From contig CAXXTH010000017.1 in assembly GCA_963668025.2 (NCBI GenBank), forward strand, positions 1,056,001-1,120,000: DNA of 64,000 bases, in the 5' to 3' direction. The position numbers and the translations under genes were made by a program. Below the pieces are notes generated by a model. That model made no database searches. It was given only the letters and a program-made list of their open reading frames with translations, and was not told the DNA's origin. Of the stretch, positions 1-11,615 are shown piece by piece; the first letter of the stretch is position 1; each line of letters begins with the position of its first letter. Source of the DNA: Candidatus Hydrogenedentota bacterium (GTDB lineage Bacteria; Hydrogenedentota; Hydrogenedentia; Hydrogenedentales; SLHB01).

Positions 1-159
1 CGCATGCCGCGAGACTCGAGCCCGACGCGGCAGCGCAATCGGTGTGACCTTTCCGGACGGCCGCGGGGATACATGCGAAAATTCCGCTTATCGCGTATTG
101 CGTTTCGCGAGCTTGCCCTTGAAGGGCAGTTGCCCGGCGTGACGAAGTCGAGCTGGTAG
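1..159 (+). CDS. rpsN: 30S ribosomal protein S14, 3' part, long zinc-independent type
   Basis: Manual frame-1 translation [52 protein letters not shown]; lies directly before rpsH. Confidence 0.95.
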   Translation, partial: RMPRDSSPTRQRNRCDLSGRPRGYMRKFRLSRIAFRELALEGQLPGVTKSSW

Positions 160-198
160 GATAGAGCGGATCAACGAAGTGTTTGAGGAACCATCACC

Positions 199-597
199 AT
201 GACGATGAGCGACCCTATTGCGGACCTGCTGACACGCGTACGGAATGCGTTGTCCACGGGGAACACCCGAGTGGATATTCCCGCCTCCACGATCAAAGAA
301 GAGATCTGTAAAGTGTTGGAGCGGGAAGGGTATATTGAAGGCTATAAGAAGATCGAGACGGAACACCAAGGCGTCTTACAGGTGTCCTTGCGTTATACGT
401 CCGACCGCAAGCCTGTAATCCAAGAAATACGGCGCATCAGCAAGCCAAGCCTCCGCGTTTATGTGAAGAGCGATGACATTAAGCAGGTTCGCACCGGGCT
501 AGGTGTCTCCATTCTAAGCACTTCGCGCGGCCTTATGACCGGCAAGCAAGCCCGCCAAGAGAATATAGGCGGCGAGTTGTTGTGCGAGGTATGGTAG
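199..597 (+). CDS. rpsH: 30S ribosomal protein S8
   Basis: DPIADLLTRVRNA...SKPSLRVY...GGELLCEVW; spc operon position. Confidence 0.98.
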   Translation: MTMSDPIADLLTRVRNALSTGNTRVDIPASTIKEEICKVLEREGYIEGYKKIETEHQGVLQVSLRYTSDRKPVIQEIRRISKPSLRVYVKSDDIKQVRTGLGVSILSTSRGLMTGKQARQENIGGELLCEVW

Positions 598-708
598 GCG
601 GCATCCGCCAAGGCAAGCCCGCTGGGCGTTCCGTTCAGCAAGGAGCTTGATAGGAACAGTTACTGAAGACCCTTCTAAATAGGGCGTGTAACGAAAGGAA
701 CGAGAACC

Positions 709-1248
709 GTGTCACGTATAGGTAAACTTCCGGTGCCGGTGCCTGCCGGAGTAAAATGTGAACTTGCGGGCGCGCATATCACAGTGACGGGCCCAAAAGG
801 TACGCTCGAGCGGACCTTGCACCCCGCTGTACAGGTGGCTCTTGATGAAGGGGCGTTGACGGTCTCCCGGCCCAATGACGAGCCTAAGAATCGGGCTCTG
901 CATGGATTGACCCGCGCCTTGATCCAGAATATGGTGGCTGGCGTTACGCAAGGGTATGAGAAGACGCTCCAAATTGAAGGTGTTGGCTATCGCGCATCCA
1001 TGCAAGGCCAGACCCTTCAACTGTTGCTGGGATATAGCCATCCGGTGCTTGTAGAGCCTCCCGAGGGAATCACATTCGCCGTCGAAGGCACGCAGACCAT
1101 TAAAGTGGCTGGGATCAATAAAGAACTGGTTGGCCAGACCGCCGCAAATGTGCGGGCATGGCGTAAGCCGGAGCCGTATAAGGGCAAAGGCGTACGATAT
1201 AGTACGGAACGGGTCCGTCGTAAAGTGGGTAAAGCGGGTGTGAAATAA
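709..1248 (+). CDS. rplF: 50S ribosomal protein L6
   Basis: SRIGKLPV...RKPEPYKGKGVRY; GTG start. Confidence 0.98.
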   Translation: MSRIGKLPVPVPAGVKCELAGAHITVTGPKGTLERTLHPAVQVALDEGALTVSRPNDEPKNRALHGLTRALIQNMVAGVTQGYEKTLQIEGVGYRASMQGQTLQLLLGYSHPVLVEPPEGITFAVEGTQTIKVAGINKELVGQTAANVRAWRKPEPYKGKGVRYSTERVRRKVGKAGVK

Positions 1249-1308
1249 TCGTAGGCGGCTTCATCCGAAACTGGGATGCGGCAGACTATCGTGTGGAGAT
1301 ATAGGCGG

Positions 1309-1662
1309 ATGGCCAAGGGATTTACCAAACAAGAGCGGCTTGCCCGGCGGCATGAGCGGGTGCGAATACTCATTCAAGGAACGGCTGAACGCCCGCGCTT
1401 GACCGTGCGCCGTTCCAGTAAGCATATCTATGCCCAAATCATAGATGATTCCACGGGAACGACCCTTGCCGCGGCTTCATCCGTCGCGTTGAAGATCGTG
1501 GGTGGGAATGTGCAAGGGGCTAAGGCCGTTGGAAAAGCCATTGCGGAAAAAGCAGCAGCGGCGTCCATCGAATGTGTATGTTTTGATCGGGGCGGCCGTT
1601 TATATCACGGCCGCGTGAAAGCGCTGGCCGATGCAGCTCGAGAAGGCGGCCTGAAGTTCTAG
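1309..1662 (+). CDS. rplR: 50S ribosomal protein L18
   Basis: [18 protein letters not shown]...[26 protein letters not shown]; start placed at second ATG after GGAG. Confidence 0.97.
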   Translation: MAKGFTKQERLARRHERVRILIQGTAERPRLTVRRSSKHIYAQIIDDSTGTTLAAASSVALKIVGGNVQGAKAVGKAIAEKAAAASIECVCFDRGGRLYHGRVKALADAAREGGLKF

Positions 1663-1721
1663 TAGGAAGCAGCGTTCAGGAAACGAACCAGTATCGAGAT
1701 GGGAGAGCAAGGTTGAGTACC

Positions 1722-2255
1722 ATGCAAAGTAAACGCGAAGGACGGGGCGAAGGCGCCCCCCGCGAGCGTGATTCCGAAGAATCGGGCCTCATTGAACAGG
1801 TCGTAAAGATCTACCGCGTGGCGAAGGTCGTTAAAGGTGGTCGTAATTTCCGCTTTAGCGCCGTGGTCGTGGTGGGCGATGGCAAAGGCCATGTGGGCGC
1901 CGCTAAAGGCAAAGCCCGCGAAGTGCCCGAAGCCATCCGGAAAGCCATTGAACGCGCCAAACGCAACATGCACACGGTTCCGATTGTCCATACGACCGTG
2001 CCTCATGATGTTCTAGGCCGGGCGGATGCGGCGAGCGTGATGCTTAAACCGGCCTCGCTGGGTACAGGTGTCATCGCGGGCGGGCCGGTGCGCGCCGTCT
2101 TGGAGGCGGCTGGATATAAGAATATCCTGAGCAAATCCTTGGGTTCAAACAATGCCACTAACGTGGTATGGGCGACCATCGATGCGTTAGGCCAGTTGCA
2201 GACTTCGGGAGCCGTAGCGGTACGCCGGGGGCTGGCAGAGGAAGCGGTGCTTTAA
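1722..2255 (+). CDS. rpsE: 30S ribosomal protein S5
   Basis: [16 protein letters not shown]...GTGVIAGG. Confidence 0.98.
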   Translation: MQSKREGRGEGAPRERDSEESGLIEQVVKIYRVAKVVKGGRNFRFSAVVVVGDGKGHVGAAKGKAREVPEAIRKAIERAKRNMHTVPIVHTTVPHDVLGRADAASVMLKPASLGTGVIAGGPVRAVLEAAGYKNILSKSLGSNNATNVVWATIDALGQLQTSGAVAVRRGLAEEAVL

Positions 2256-2342
2256 GCCGCCTAATTGGCTGGTTTAAGGGCATTATGTTGAGTTAATATG
2301 AGTTCATTTGGGTTCTTATAGTTACGCAAAAAGGGATGAGTT

Positions 2343-2816
2343 ATGGATTTGAACACGCTCAGCAACGCGACCTGCGCTCGCAAGTCACGCAAGCGCGTCG
2401 GACGCGGCCCTGGCTCCGGCACCGGAAAGACCAGTGGGCGAGGACATAAAGGGCAGAAGGCCCGTTCAGGTTATTCGCGCAGGGGTGGTTTCGAAGGCGG
2501 GCAGATGCCCTTGAACCGGCGCTTGCCCAAACGGGGTTTCAATCACGATGACCGCTTCGCCATGTTTGTGGTGAATTTGGATGTGCTGGACAAGTTTTTT
2601 GCGGATGGCACGGAGGTGACCCCGTTAGCGCTTGTGGCGGCGGGTTTGGCCAAGGAAACCAAAGGCGGTGTCAAGATTTTAGGGCGCGGCGAACTGACGA
2701 AGAAGCTGGCCATACAGGCCCATGCCGTCAGTGATGGCGCTCGGGCGAAGATAGAAGCGGCGGGAGGCTCTGTCACGCTTGTCGCAGTATTAGCCCCGGC
2801 TGTCAATGAAGCTTAG
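2343..2816 (+). CDS. rplO: 50S ribosomal protein L15
   Basis: RVGRGPGSGTGKTSGRGHKGQKARSG...FEGGQMPL. Confidence 0.98.
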   Translation: MDLNTLSNATCARKSRKRVGRGPGSGTGKTSGRGHKGQKARSGYSRRGGFEGGQMPLNRRLPKRGFNHDDRFAMFVVNLDVLDKFFADGTEVTPLALVAAGLAKETKGGVKILGRGELTKKLAIQAHAVSDGARAKIEAAGGSVTLVAVLAPAVNEA

Positions 2817-2829
2817 GAAGGAGTGAGCG

Positions 2830-4170
<1,341 letters not shown>

Positions 4171-4183
4171 TTGAAAGGATGAT

Positions 4184-4858
4184 ATGGGTTTGCGAATTGT
4201 GATGTTAGGTGCGCCTGGCGCCGGTAAAGGCACTCAGGCGGAGACCATAGCCGCTAACTATGGGCTGCCCCATATCTCGACAGGCGATATTTTTCGTAAA
4301 CACTTAAAAGAAGGCACGGACCTCGGCAAGCAAGTGCAAGGGTATTTGAATTCGGGCGCTTTGGTGCCGGATGACTTAACCTGCTCTATCGTCGCCGACC
4401 GGCTTACCCAAGCGGACTGCGCCGCGGGATATATTTTAGATGGGTTTCCCCGCTCCCAAGTGCAAGCGGAGGCGTTGACAAGCCTGTTGGATAAAAAAGG
4501 CGAACAAATTACATTGGCGATTGATGTCGATGTGCCCGATGCGGAAATTATCGTTCGACTGAGCGCGCGCAGGTCGTGTGCAGTGTGTGGGGCCATCTAT
4601 AACTTAAAATTCAAGGCTCCCAAGGGCGAAGCAGGAAAATGTGACCGGCCTGGATGCGCGGGCGATTTGATACAGCGGGAAGACGACAAGCCCGATACGA
4701 TTTGCCAGCGGTTGAATGTATATCATGAGACGACGGAGCCGATCATCGCCTACTATAAGGAAAAAGGTTTATTACATTCGGTTCCCGCTTCGGGGTTAAC
4801 GCCTGATCAAGTATATGGTGAAATCGAGACTATCCTGAAGGCCTCGAAGACGGTTTAA
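4184..4858 (+). CDS. adk: Adenylate kinase with Cys-rich LID domain
   Basis: GAPGAGKGTQ P-loop, LDGFPR, CxxC...C...C LID. Confidence 0.97.
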   Translation: MGLRIVMLGAPGAGKGTQAETIAANYGLPHISTGDIFRKHLKEGTDLGKQVQGYLNSGALVPDDLTCSIVADRLTQADCAAGYILDGFPRSQVQAEALTSLLDKKGEQITLAIDVDVPDAEIIVRLSARRSCAVCGAIYNLKFKAPKGEAGKCDRPGCAGDLIQREDDKPDTICQRLNVYHETTEPIIAYYKEKGLLHSVPASGLTPDQVYGEIETILKASKTV

Positions 4859-4863
4859 AAGCA

Positions 4864-5640
4864 TTGATTGCAATACGTTCGGAAAAAGAAATTGGCTTTC
4901 TTCGGGAAGCGAATCATTTAGTGGCCGATATATTGGCGGCCATGGCGGAAATGGTGGAGCCGGGCATCACCACGGCTGATTTGGAAGCAGTCGCGGCGAA
5001 CATGATTCGGCTGGCTGGCGCGGAGCCGGTATTTTTAGGATATCATGGGTATCCGGCGTGTACGTGCATATCCGTGGATGAAGTGATCGTACATGGGATA
5101 CCCGGCCGCCAACGCCTGAAAGCGGGCCAGATAGTCAGTATGGATGTCGGAGTCCGGTGGAAGGGATATGTAGGCGACGCGGCGTTGAGCGTGCCATGCG
5201 GCGAGGTGGATGATACGCGCCGCCGCTTGATGGACGTAACGGAGCGCGCGTTAGCGCGGGGAATAGCCGCCGCATGCGCCGGGAATCACTTGCGGGATAT
5301 ATCCCGGGCGGTGCAACAGACTTGTGAAGCGGCGGGATTCTCGGTTGTGCGCTCTTTTGTAGGGCATGGCGTGGGCGTCCGGATGCATGAAGAGCCGCAG
5401 ATCCCGAATTTCGATACCGGTGAGCGCGGGCCTCTTTTGCGGGAAGGCATGGTGCTTGCGATTGAGCCCATGGTGAATGCGGGCGTCTACGACGTAAAGA
5501 TATTGCCTGATGGCTGGACGGCGGTTACGGCGGATAAAAAGCCGAGTGCGCATTTTGAACACAGTGTGGTCGTGCGGAATCGGGCGGCGGAAGTGCTTTC
5601 GACAACTCCGCGGCGCGTGTGGGGCATGGGTGCCGTTTAA
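4864..5640 (+). CDS. map: Methionine aminopeptidase type I
   Basis: HGIP, GHGVGVRMHEEP, AIEPMVN, SAHFEHS motifs; TTG start. Confidence 0.96.
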   Translation: MIAIRSEKEIGFLREANHLVADILAAMAEMVEPGITTADLEAVAANMIRLAGAEPVFLGYHGYPACTCISVDEVIVHGIPGRQRLKAGQIVSMDVGVRWKGYVGDAALSVPCGEVDDTRRRLMDVTERALARGIAAACAGNHLRDISRAVQQTCEAAGFSVVRSFVGHGVGVRMHEEPQIPNFDTGERGPLLREGMVLAIEPMVNAGVYDVKILPDGWTAVTADKKPSAHFEHSVVVRNRAAEVLSTTPRRVWGMGAV

Positions 5641-5703
5641 CTGGCAAGTAGCCGTCGCATGAGCTAGGCGCTTGTTCGGCTAAGGACGCAAATACGAATG
5701 GGA

Positions 5704-5922
5704 ATGCAAAAGGAAGAAGCAATCGAGGTGGAAGGCACGGTCGTAGAGCCGTTGCCGAATGCCATGTTCCGAGTCAAGCTGGACAGTGGCCATATGGTGT
5801 TAGCCCATGTATCGGGGAAGATGCGGATGAATTTTATTCGGATTTTGCCGGGTGATCGGGTCAGGCTCGCGATGTCGCCTTATGATTTGACTCGAGGGCG
5901 CATCACGTATCGATATAAGTGA
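5704..5922 (+). CDS. infA: Translation initiation factor IF-1
   Basis: [20 protein letters not shown]...[13 protein letters not shown]. Confidence 0.97.
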   Translation: MQKEEAIEVEGTVVEPLPNAMFRVKLDSGHMVLAHVSGKMRMNFIRILPGDRVRLAMSPYDLTRGRITYRYK

Positions 5923-6027
5923 AGTGGCGCGCACGCCGCTGCATAGGCGGAGCTCGCGGAGAGGCAGAGATAAGGCCCATCGGAAGCGCTTGAGGGCGAT
6001 ACGGCTGGAGCCGCTTGGAGTTAGGCA

Positions 6028-6141
6028 ATGAAAGTACGCAGTTCGGTAAAGAAGATTTGCGAGAAGTGCAAGATTATCCGGCGGCACGGCAGCGTGCGGG
6101 TGATCTGCGAGAATCCCCGGCACAAGCAGCGCCAGGGATAG
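6028..6141 (+). CDS. rpmJ: 50S ribosomal protein L36, zinc-ribbon type
   Basis: Not in ORF track; manual translation [44 protein letters not shown]. Confidence 0.97.
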   Translation: MKVRSSVKKICEKCKIIRRHGSVRVICENPRHKQRQG

Positions 6142-6206
6142 GTGATACCGGCTGGGCGGAGCATTTAGCTCCGAAACACTAGCAGGCAACGTGGAGAACG
6201 AAGCGC

Positions 6207-6572
6207 ATGGCACGTGTAGTTGGTGTGGATCTCCCCCGCGATAAGCGGGTGGAAGTGGCCCTAACGTACATTTATGGCATTGGCCCAAACAGATCGAGGG
6301 AGATCCTTCGAGAGACGGCGGTGAGCCCAGACACTCGAGTCCGTGATTTAACGGACGAAGAGGTGAGCAAGATCACTGGCGTAGTGACGAATAATTATAA
6401 GACGGAGGGTGACCTCCGGCGCGAGGTGGCCGCGAATATTAAGCGGCTCATGGACATCAACTGCTATCGCGGGTTGCGGCATAAACGCGGCCTTCCAGTG
6501 CGGGGACAGCGGACGCATACTAATGCGCGCACCCGTAAGGGACCGCGTGGCGCGACGATCAAGAAGAAATAA
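6207..6572 (+). CDS. rpsM: 30S ribosomal protein S13
   Basis: ALTYIYGIG...[19 protein letters not shown]. Confidence 0.98.
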   Translation: MARVVGVDLPRDKRVEVALTYIYGIGPNRSREILRETAVSPDTRVRDLTDEEVSKITGVVTNNYKTEGDLRREVAANIKRLMDINCYRGLRHKRGLPVRGQRTHTNARTRKGPRGATIKKK

Positions 6573-6589
6573 CGAGGAGGATCCGGTCA

Positions 6590-6988
6590 TTGGCCAAGGA
6601 GAAGCGCAAAGGTAAAGCGAAGAAGCGTCGCACCACGCTCAGCGTTACCTCCGGCGTCGCCCATATTCAGGCGACCTTTAATAACACGATCGTATCGATC
6701 ACGGACGCCCAAGGCAATGTAGTGGCGTGGTCGAGCGCAGGCCAGGTGGGTTTCATAGGCTCTCGAAAGAGCACGGCCTTTGCGGCGCAGGTTGCCGCAG
6801 AAGCAGCAGCCCAAAAGGCCAAGGAAGTTGGGCTTAAAGATGTACGCGTCCACGTGAACGGTCCGGGAGCGGGCCGTGAGTCCGCCATTCGCGCGATTCA
6901 AGCGGCTGGATTGGACATCACCTTAATTCGAGACGTAACGGCGATCCCGCATAATGGATGCCGTCCGCCGAAGCGCCGGCGTGTATGA
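6590..6988 (+). CDS. rpsK: 30S ribosomal protein S11
   Basis: [12 protein letters not shown]...[13 protein letters not shown]; TTG start after GAGGAGG. Confidence 0.98.
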   Translation: MAKEKRKGKAKKRRTTLSVTSGVAHIQATFNNTIVSITDAQGNVVAWSSAGQVGFIGSRKSTAFAAQVAAEAAAQKAKEVGLKDVRVHVNGPGAGRESAIRAIQAAGLDITLIRDVTAIPHNGCRPPKRRRV

Positions 6989-7093
6989 GAGCATAAGGCG
7001 GCCTAAGGGCCGTGGCGGTGACTCCATGAGAATCAAGCGCCTAAGAATTGAAAACGGGCGGTTATTGAGCCCTACTGCCGGAGGCGAGAAGGC

Positions 7094-8149
7094 ATGATAT
7101 CGAAGGAATTTGTGATCCCAAAGACGGTCAAAGTCGAGGACGGTGCGACGGACCGGTATGCGCGTTTTGTCGTAGAGCCGTTTGAGCGCGGTTATGGCAC
7201 TACCGTAGGCAATTCATTGCGGCGGGTGCTGCTGGCTTCGTTGCAGGGCTCCGCAGTGACGGCTATCCGCATCGAGGGGGTTCAGCACGAATTCTCCGCG
7301 ATTCCTGGCGTGCAAGAAGATGTGACGGACATCGTACTAAACTTTAAAAAATGCCAGATAAAGTTAAACCGTGAAGAGTCCGTTATTTTCACCTTTAAGA
7401 CAAAGGCGGATGGAGCGGTGACCGCAGGCGATATTTTTAGAGAACACGATGTGGAAGTGTTTAATCCCGAGTTGCTTATATTCACATGCACGGCGCCAGG
7501 GACCGAGGTCGAGATGGAGATCAAGGTCGCGCGAGGGCGGGGATATGTCACGGCGGATCAGTTCGAGCTCGAGCACGCTCCGATTGGAACGATATATTTA
7601 GATGCGAGTTTTTCGCCCGTCACCAAGGTGAATTTCTTGGTGGAGGATGCTCGAGTGGGCCAGCAGACCGACTATGACCGTTTGCTGCTGGATGTGTGGA
7701 CGAATGGGTCCATTTCGCCGGAAAAAGCAGTGGAGAGTGCAGCCAACTTGCTGATCGATCATCTGCGGATACTGGCGACGCAGACCAGGGAAGATGAAAT
7801 CAATTATGCCGATGGCATGCCGGAAGACCCGGAATTGACGAGGAAAATGTCGAGGCCGGTGGAAGAACTGGAATTGAGCGTACGTGCGGCCAATTGCCTT
7901 AAATCCGCTAACATCAAGACGATAGGCGATTTGGTCACACGAAGCGAACCGGAGATGCTTCAGTTCCATAATTTCGGCAAGAAATCGCTTGATGAGATTA
8001 AGGTGATTCTCGAAACGCTAGGCCTTTCGCTGGGCATGAACCGCGACAAGTCCAAAGATGCGTTTATGGCGGCGTCGCAAGAAAGCAATCCAACGCCGAT
8101 GGATGATTCCGCCGAAGAGATAGACGACGAAGAAGACATAGAAGAGTAA
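7094..8149 (+). CDS. rpoA: RNA polymerase subunit alpha
   Basis: EPFERGYGTTVGNSLRRVLL, ELSVRAANCL, NFGKKSL; acidic C-terminal tail. Confidence 0.98.
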   Translation: MISKEFVIPKTVKVEDGATDRYARFVVEPFERGYGTTVGNSLRRVLLASLQGSAVTAIRIEGVQHEFSAIPGVQEDVTDIVLNFKKCQIKLNREESVIFTFKTKADGAVTAGDIFREHDVEVFNPELLIFTCTAPGTEVEMEIKVARGRGYVTADQFELEHAPIGTIYLDASFSPVTKVNFLVEDARVGQQTDYDRLLLDVWTNGSISPEKAVESAANLLIDHLRILATQTREDEINYADGMPEDPELTRKMSRPVEELELSVRAANCLKSANIKTIGDLVTRSEPEMLQFHNFGKKSLDEIKVILETLGLSLGMNRDKSKDAFMAASQESNPTPMDDSAEEIDDEEDIEE

Positions 8150-8173
8150 CAACGAGGATAGAGGTAAGAATCC

Positions 8174-8548
8174 ATGAGGCATCGTAATGCAGGCCGCCGC
8201 TTAGGGCGGACCACGTCTCATCGCAAGGCTACCATGAAGAATCTGGCGCTGGCCTTGTTCACCCATAACGCCATCGAAACGACGGTGGCGAAATCCAAAG
8301 AGCTGAAGATATTCGCGGAGCCCCTGATTACTTTGGCGAAGACGGATTCCGTGGCCAATCGCCGGAGGGCCTTTGCAGCGCTTCGTAGCGACAGTGTGGT
8401 TAAGAAGCTGTTCACGGAAATCGCGCCTTCGTTTGCCACGCGTCCGGGTGGGTATACCCGTATGCTGCGAACGGGCGTCCGGCTGGGAGACGCCTCACAG
8501 ATGGCGCGTCTGGAACTGGTCGGCATGGGAGAGCATTCGCAAGACTGA
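8174..8548 (+). CDS. rplQ: 50S ribosomal protein L17
   Basis: MRHRNAGRRLGRTTSHR...RPGGYTR. Confidence 0.98.
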   Translation: MRHRNAGRRLGRTTSHRKATMKNLALALFTHNAIETTVAKSKELKIFAEPLITLAKTDSVANRRRAFAALRSDSVVKKLFTEIAPSFATRPGGYTRMLRTGVRLGDASQMARLELVGMGEHSQD

Positions 8549-8591
8549 GTGTAGATTCAGTTTTTGGCGCTGCTTATATTCACGAATCATT

Positions 8592-8636
8592 CATGCGGGA
8601 GAATCCCCTCGAAGGGCTTCTCTCGCATGTGTTTTA
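8592..8636 (+). terminator. Probable intrinsic terminator of the ribosomal operon
   Basis: CATGCGGGAGAA...TTCTCTCGCATG stem followed by TGTTTTA. Confidence 0.6.
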
Positions 8637-8695
8637 TGGGAAGCATGAAAAAAGGGCCCGCGAGCGAGCCCTTGCGCGTGGACAGGGAGTACGCC

Positions 8696-9493
8696 TCAGT
8701 GCATTTCCTGGCCGCCGGTGACGTTGATGGCTTGGCCGGTCATGTAGCTGGCGGCGTCGGAAGCGAGAAACACGACCACATTGGTGACATCGCGCAATTC
8801 GCAAGGCCGCTTCATGGGGACCTGGTTAATGTATTTCTGCCGTACTTCTTCCTCGGTGATTCCTTGATTACGGGCATACTGCTTGAGCAGGCTATTTGGC
8901 CCTTGGGTCCAGAGGGTGGAATTGAGCAGATTGCCCGGGCATACCGCATTGACGCGAACACCGCGTTCGGCGAATTCGAGCGCTAGGCTTTGGGTGACGC
9001 CGATGCCGCCAAATTTTGACGCCGCATAGGCGCTGTTGCGGAAGCTGCCCTTTTTGCCGGATTTCGAGTTGATCTCGATGATGGAGCCGCCGCCGGACGC
9101 CAGCATGGCGCGGGCGGCTTCCCGAGCGCAAATGAAATAACCCACGAGATTGACATCAATCACTTTGCGCCATTTCGCCACATCGAACTCCAACGAGTCG
9201 CCGGAGAAAAGAATGCCGGCGTTGGCGACGAAGATATCAAGGCCGCCGAGCCATTTCACGGATTCTTCGACGCCTTGGCGGACGGCGTCCGCATCCGTCA
9301 CATCGACTTTCCGGGCGAGGAGGCGCTGGCCGGTTTGGGTGGAAACGGATTGTGCGGTATTTTCCATGGCTTCGAGATTGATATCCCAGCCGACGATGTC
9401 ACAGCCTTCTTCCGCAAGATGGGAAACGATGGCTTGGCCCAGGCCTTGGGCTCCGCCGGTGACGATGGCTTTCTTACCTTTTAAAATGCTCAT
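8696..9493 (-). CDS. srlD: Sorbitol-6-phosphate 2-dehydrogenase-like SDR
   Basis: TGGAQGLG, INSKSGKKGS, YAASKFGGIG, GNLLNS, YMTGQAINVTGG are typical of SrlD; GGAG RBS before ATG at 9493. Confidence 0.8.
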   Translation of the reverse strand: MSILKGKKAIVTGGAQGLGQAIVSHLAEEGCDIVGWDINLEAMENTAQSVSTQTGQRLLARKVDVTDADAVRQGVEESVKWLGGLDIFVANAGILFSGDSLEFDVAKWRKVIDVNLVGYFICAREAARAMLASGGGSIIEINSKSGKKGSFRNSAYAASKFGGIGVTQSLALEFAERGVRVNAVCPGNLLNSTLWTQGPNSLLKQYARNQGITEEEVRQKYINQVPMKRPCELRDVTNVVVFLASDAASYMTGQAINVTGGQEMH

Positions 9494-9614
9494 AATTAAC
9501 TCCACGCAATAGATTGGTTTCGATTAAGGATTCTGCAAGAAGACGGCGGCTTGTCTGAAGCCGCCGCCTTGTGTGGATTTTGTCCAAGAAGCTGTTCGCG
9601 AGTCTAGCAGCTTC

Positions 9615-11228
9615 TTACAGATTCATGGAGATCAAGGCTTCTTCCGCTTTTTTGGTCCAAGCGCCAGCTTCGCCGAGCAGGTCTTTGAGTTCGGGAAGGC
9701 GTTCGGGGACTTCCTCGAGGGCCATCAACGGCAGATCGGGGATTTGCGGATAGATGACCGTTTTACCAGGGAAGCGGGCATTCTTTACGCCTTCCAGGCC
9801 TTCGCGAGCGGCGTTAAGGCCGCCGATGGCGGCGACGCTGAGGTCGGTGTTCAGATCACCGGCTTCGACCATCTCGAGGATACGGCGCAGATCGCTGATC
9901 CGTGAGCCGCTCGAACCGATAATTTTGACGCCGCGGCATAGATCGTCGAGTTCGATGGGGGCCGGGCTTCCGATAGGAATACCGGCAAAGGCGTTAAGGA
10001 GGGCGTTATCCGCCGCAAGGCTCACCGCAAAAGCGACGAGCGCCGGAACCGGGGCGAGGACGCAGACATCGTTATAGCCGTTGGGGGCGAGCTCGCGTAT
10101 GCGGGCATTCATCGCGTCTTGCGATTCGAATTCGGATGGGCTCAGTGTGAACAGCTCGATTCCTTTGCGTTTGGCCATCTCGCCGAAGCGGTTCACAATG
10201 TGGTCCAGGCGGGAGCGGTCGAGATCGGTGACGACGACGCGTTTGGAGCCGCAGGGGATCTCGATGGCGCGCTGGACGTGCATTTGGCCCATGGGGCCGC
10301 CCGCGCCGATGAAGATGGATGCGCCTTGAGGCATGAGGTCAATGCGGCTGTTTGCGTCCTTGATGGAAGCCACGTCGTCCGCGCCGCCGTAGAACCGGAT
10401 ATTCTCGTAGTGGATGCGGCCGATATCCAGAATAACGGGGCCGGACTCAACGGGCTTGCCTACGAGATACATGTTGCCGTTTTTGTCGAGGCGGTCTGCA
10501 AGCGCCGCCACTAGATCGGGAGTAGGCTCCGGCACGATGATATCGGTGTATTTCTCTTCGCCCAAGCCATCCAGGCTGCGGGAAATCACGGTGGCGTCCG
10601 GATGTTCGGAACACCATTTCGCGTCGAGATCATCGGTAATGATAAGCGTGCCGCCTTCGCCTGGCTCGAACCGGTCCTGGAGGTTATACGACATTTCCAC
10701 GCAAGCCCAAGGTTCGGCGAGTGCGGATTGGCTGTAGCCGGTCTCATCTTTCACTGGGAGGAGGTAACAGCCCTCGTCGCCATCCAGCACCCGTTCATCC
10801 ACATAGCAAAATTGTTCAAGGCCGCCTGGAATAAGGTAGCCGAAGGCGAAACCTATGCCGTTGACATAGATGTCGGCCTGAATGATGAATCGTTGGCCGG
10901 GCGTGAATTTGTGCGCCCAGTTTTTGCCCACTTTCATGACAGTCGCGGAGCATTCATGGCCCAATACGGTGGGATCCGTGGCCAGGTCGCGCCCGCGAAG
11001 GCGGGGATGCTTGCTGCCTTGGTTAATGATTTTGATATCCGATAGGCACAAGCCCAGGGCATCCACGCGCAACAGCAATTCGTTGTCGCTGGGCTCGCGC
11101 AGTTCGAGGGTGACGGGTTTGCCGTCTTTGCCAATGTTTTCGAATCCCGCTCCGAAAATCTGCCATGCGTCATAAGACGCGGGCAGCGGAAGCTGGGCCT
11201 TGCGGTATTGTTCCATCTTGCCGTTCAC
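9615..11228 (-). CDS. Extended zinc-dependent MDR dehydrogenase, L-sorbose-1-phosphate reductase-like
   Basis: GLCLSDIK, LGHE, LAEPWACV, GAGGPMG motifs; 537 aa. Confidence 0.75.
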   Translation of the reverse strand: MNGKMEQYRKAQLPLPASYDAWQIFGAGFENIGKDGKPVTLELREPSDNELLLRVDALGLCLSDIKIINQGSKHPRLRGRDLATDPTVLGHECSATVMKVGKNWAHKFTPGQRFIIQADIYVNGIGFAFGYLIPGGLEQFCYVDERVLDGDEGCYLLPVKDETGYSQSALAEPWACVEMSYNLQDRFEPGEGGTLIITDDLDAKWCSEHPDATVISRSLDGLGEEKYTDIIVPEPTPDLVAALADRLDKNGNMYLVGKPVESGPVILDIGRIHYENIRFYGGADDVASIKDANSRIDLMPQGASIFIGAGGPMGQMHVQRAIEIPCGSKRVVVTDLDRSRLDHIVNRFGEMAKRKGIELFTLSPSEFESQDAMNARIRELAPNGYNDVCVLAPVPALVAFAVSLAADNALLNAFAGIPIGSPAPIELDDLCRGVKIIGSSGSRISDLRRILEMVEAGDLNTDLSVAAIGGLNAAREGLEGVKNARFPGKTVIYPQIPDLPLMALEEVPERLPELKDLLGEAGAWTKKAEEALISMNL

Positions 11229-11564
11229 CGTGGGCTCCTTCCTGCTCCAGTTTTGAGGTGGTTTAGTATGTGTTTAGCTCCGAATGCTCAACATTATTCG
11301 GGGCGATGCTTGTTTCTGTCATATACTGGCTACTATTCACATAAAGTAAAAAGCGGCGTATCTGTAGCGGTAATTTTTGCCTGCTCATTCCTCGGCGGCA
11401 TCCATCCGGTTCTATTTTATACAATATTCCGCATAGGCTCCAAGCCGACAATTACTCTAGTGTAGCATGCCCAGGGATTCTAGCCAAATTGGCCCGCACC
11501 ATTTTTCTGAAATCGCCGAAATAGAAATGGGAAAGAGCACGATGAAATGCATAGCCAGCTTCTT

Positions 11565-11587
11565 GTAGCATGGGCGTCCCGGCCATG
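11565..11587. repeat. GTAG-type REP-like palindrome
   Basis: GTAGCATGGGCGTCCCGGCCATG; related copies at 13704, 13752, 16499, 16525, 26346 and 57176. Confidence 0.75.
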
Positions 11588-11615
11588 TGCGTTTGTAACA
11601 CTTTAACCAATGTCT

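Noticed and set aside
598-708. Long rpsH-rplF and infA-rpmJ spacers as possible ncRNAs
   Set aside because: Only short hairpins are visible and no RNA family could be recognised by eye.
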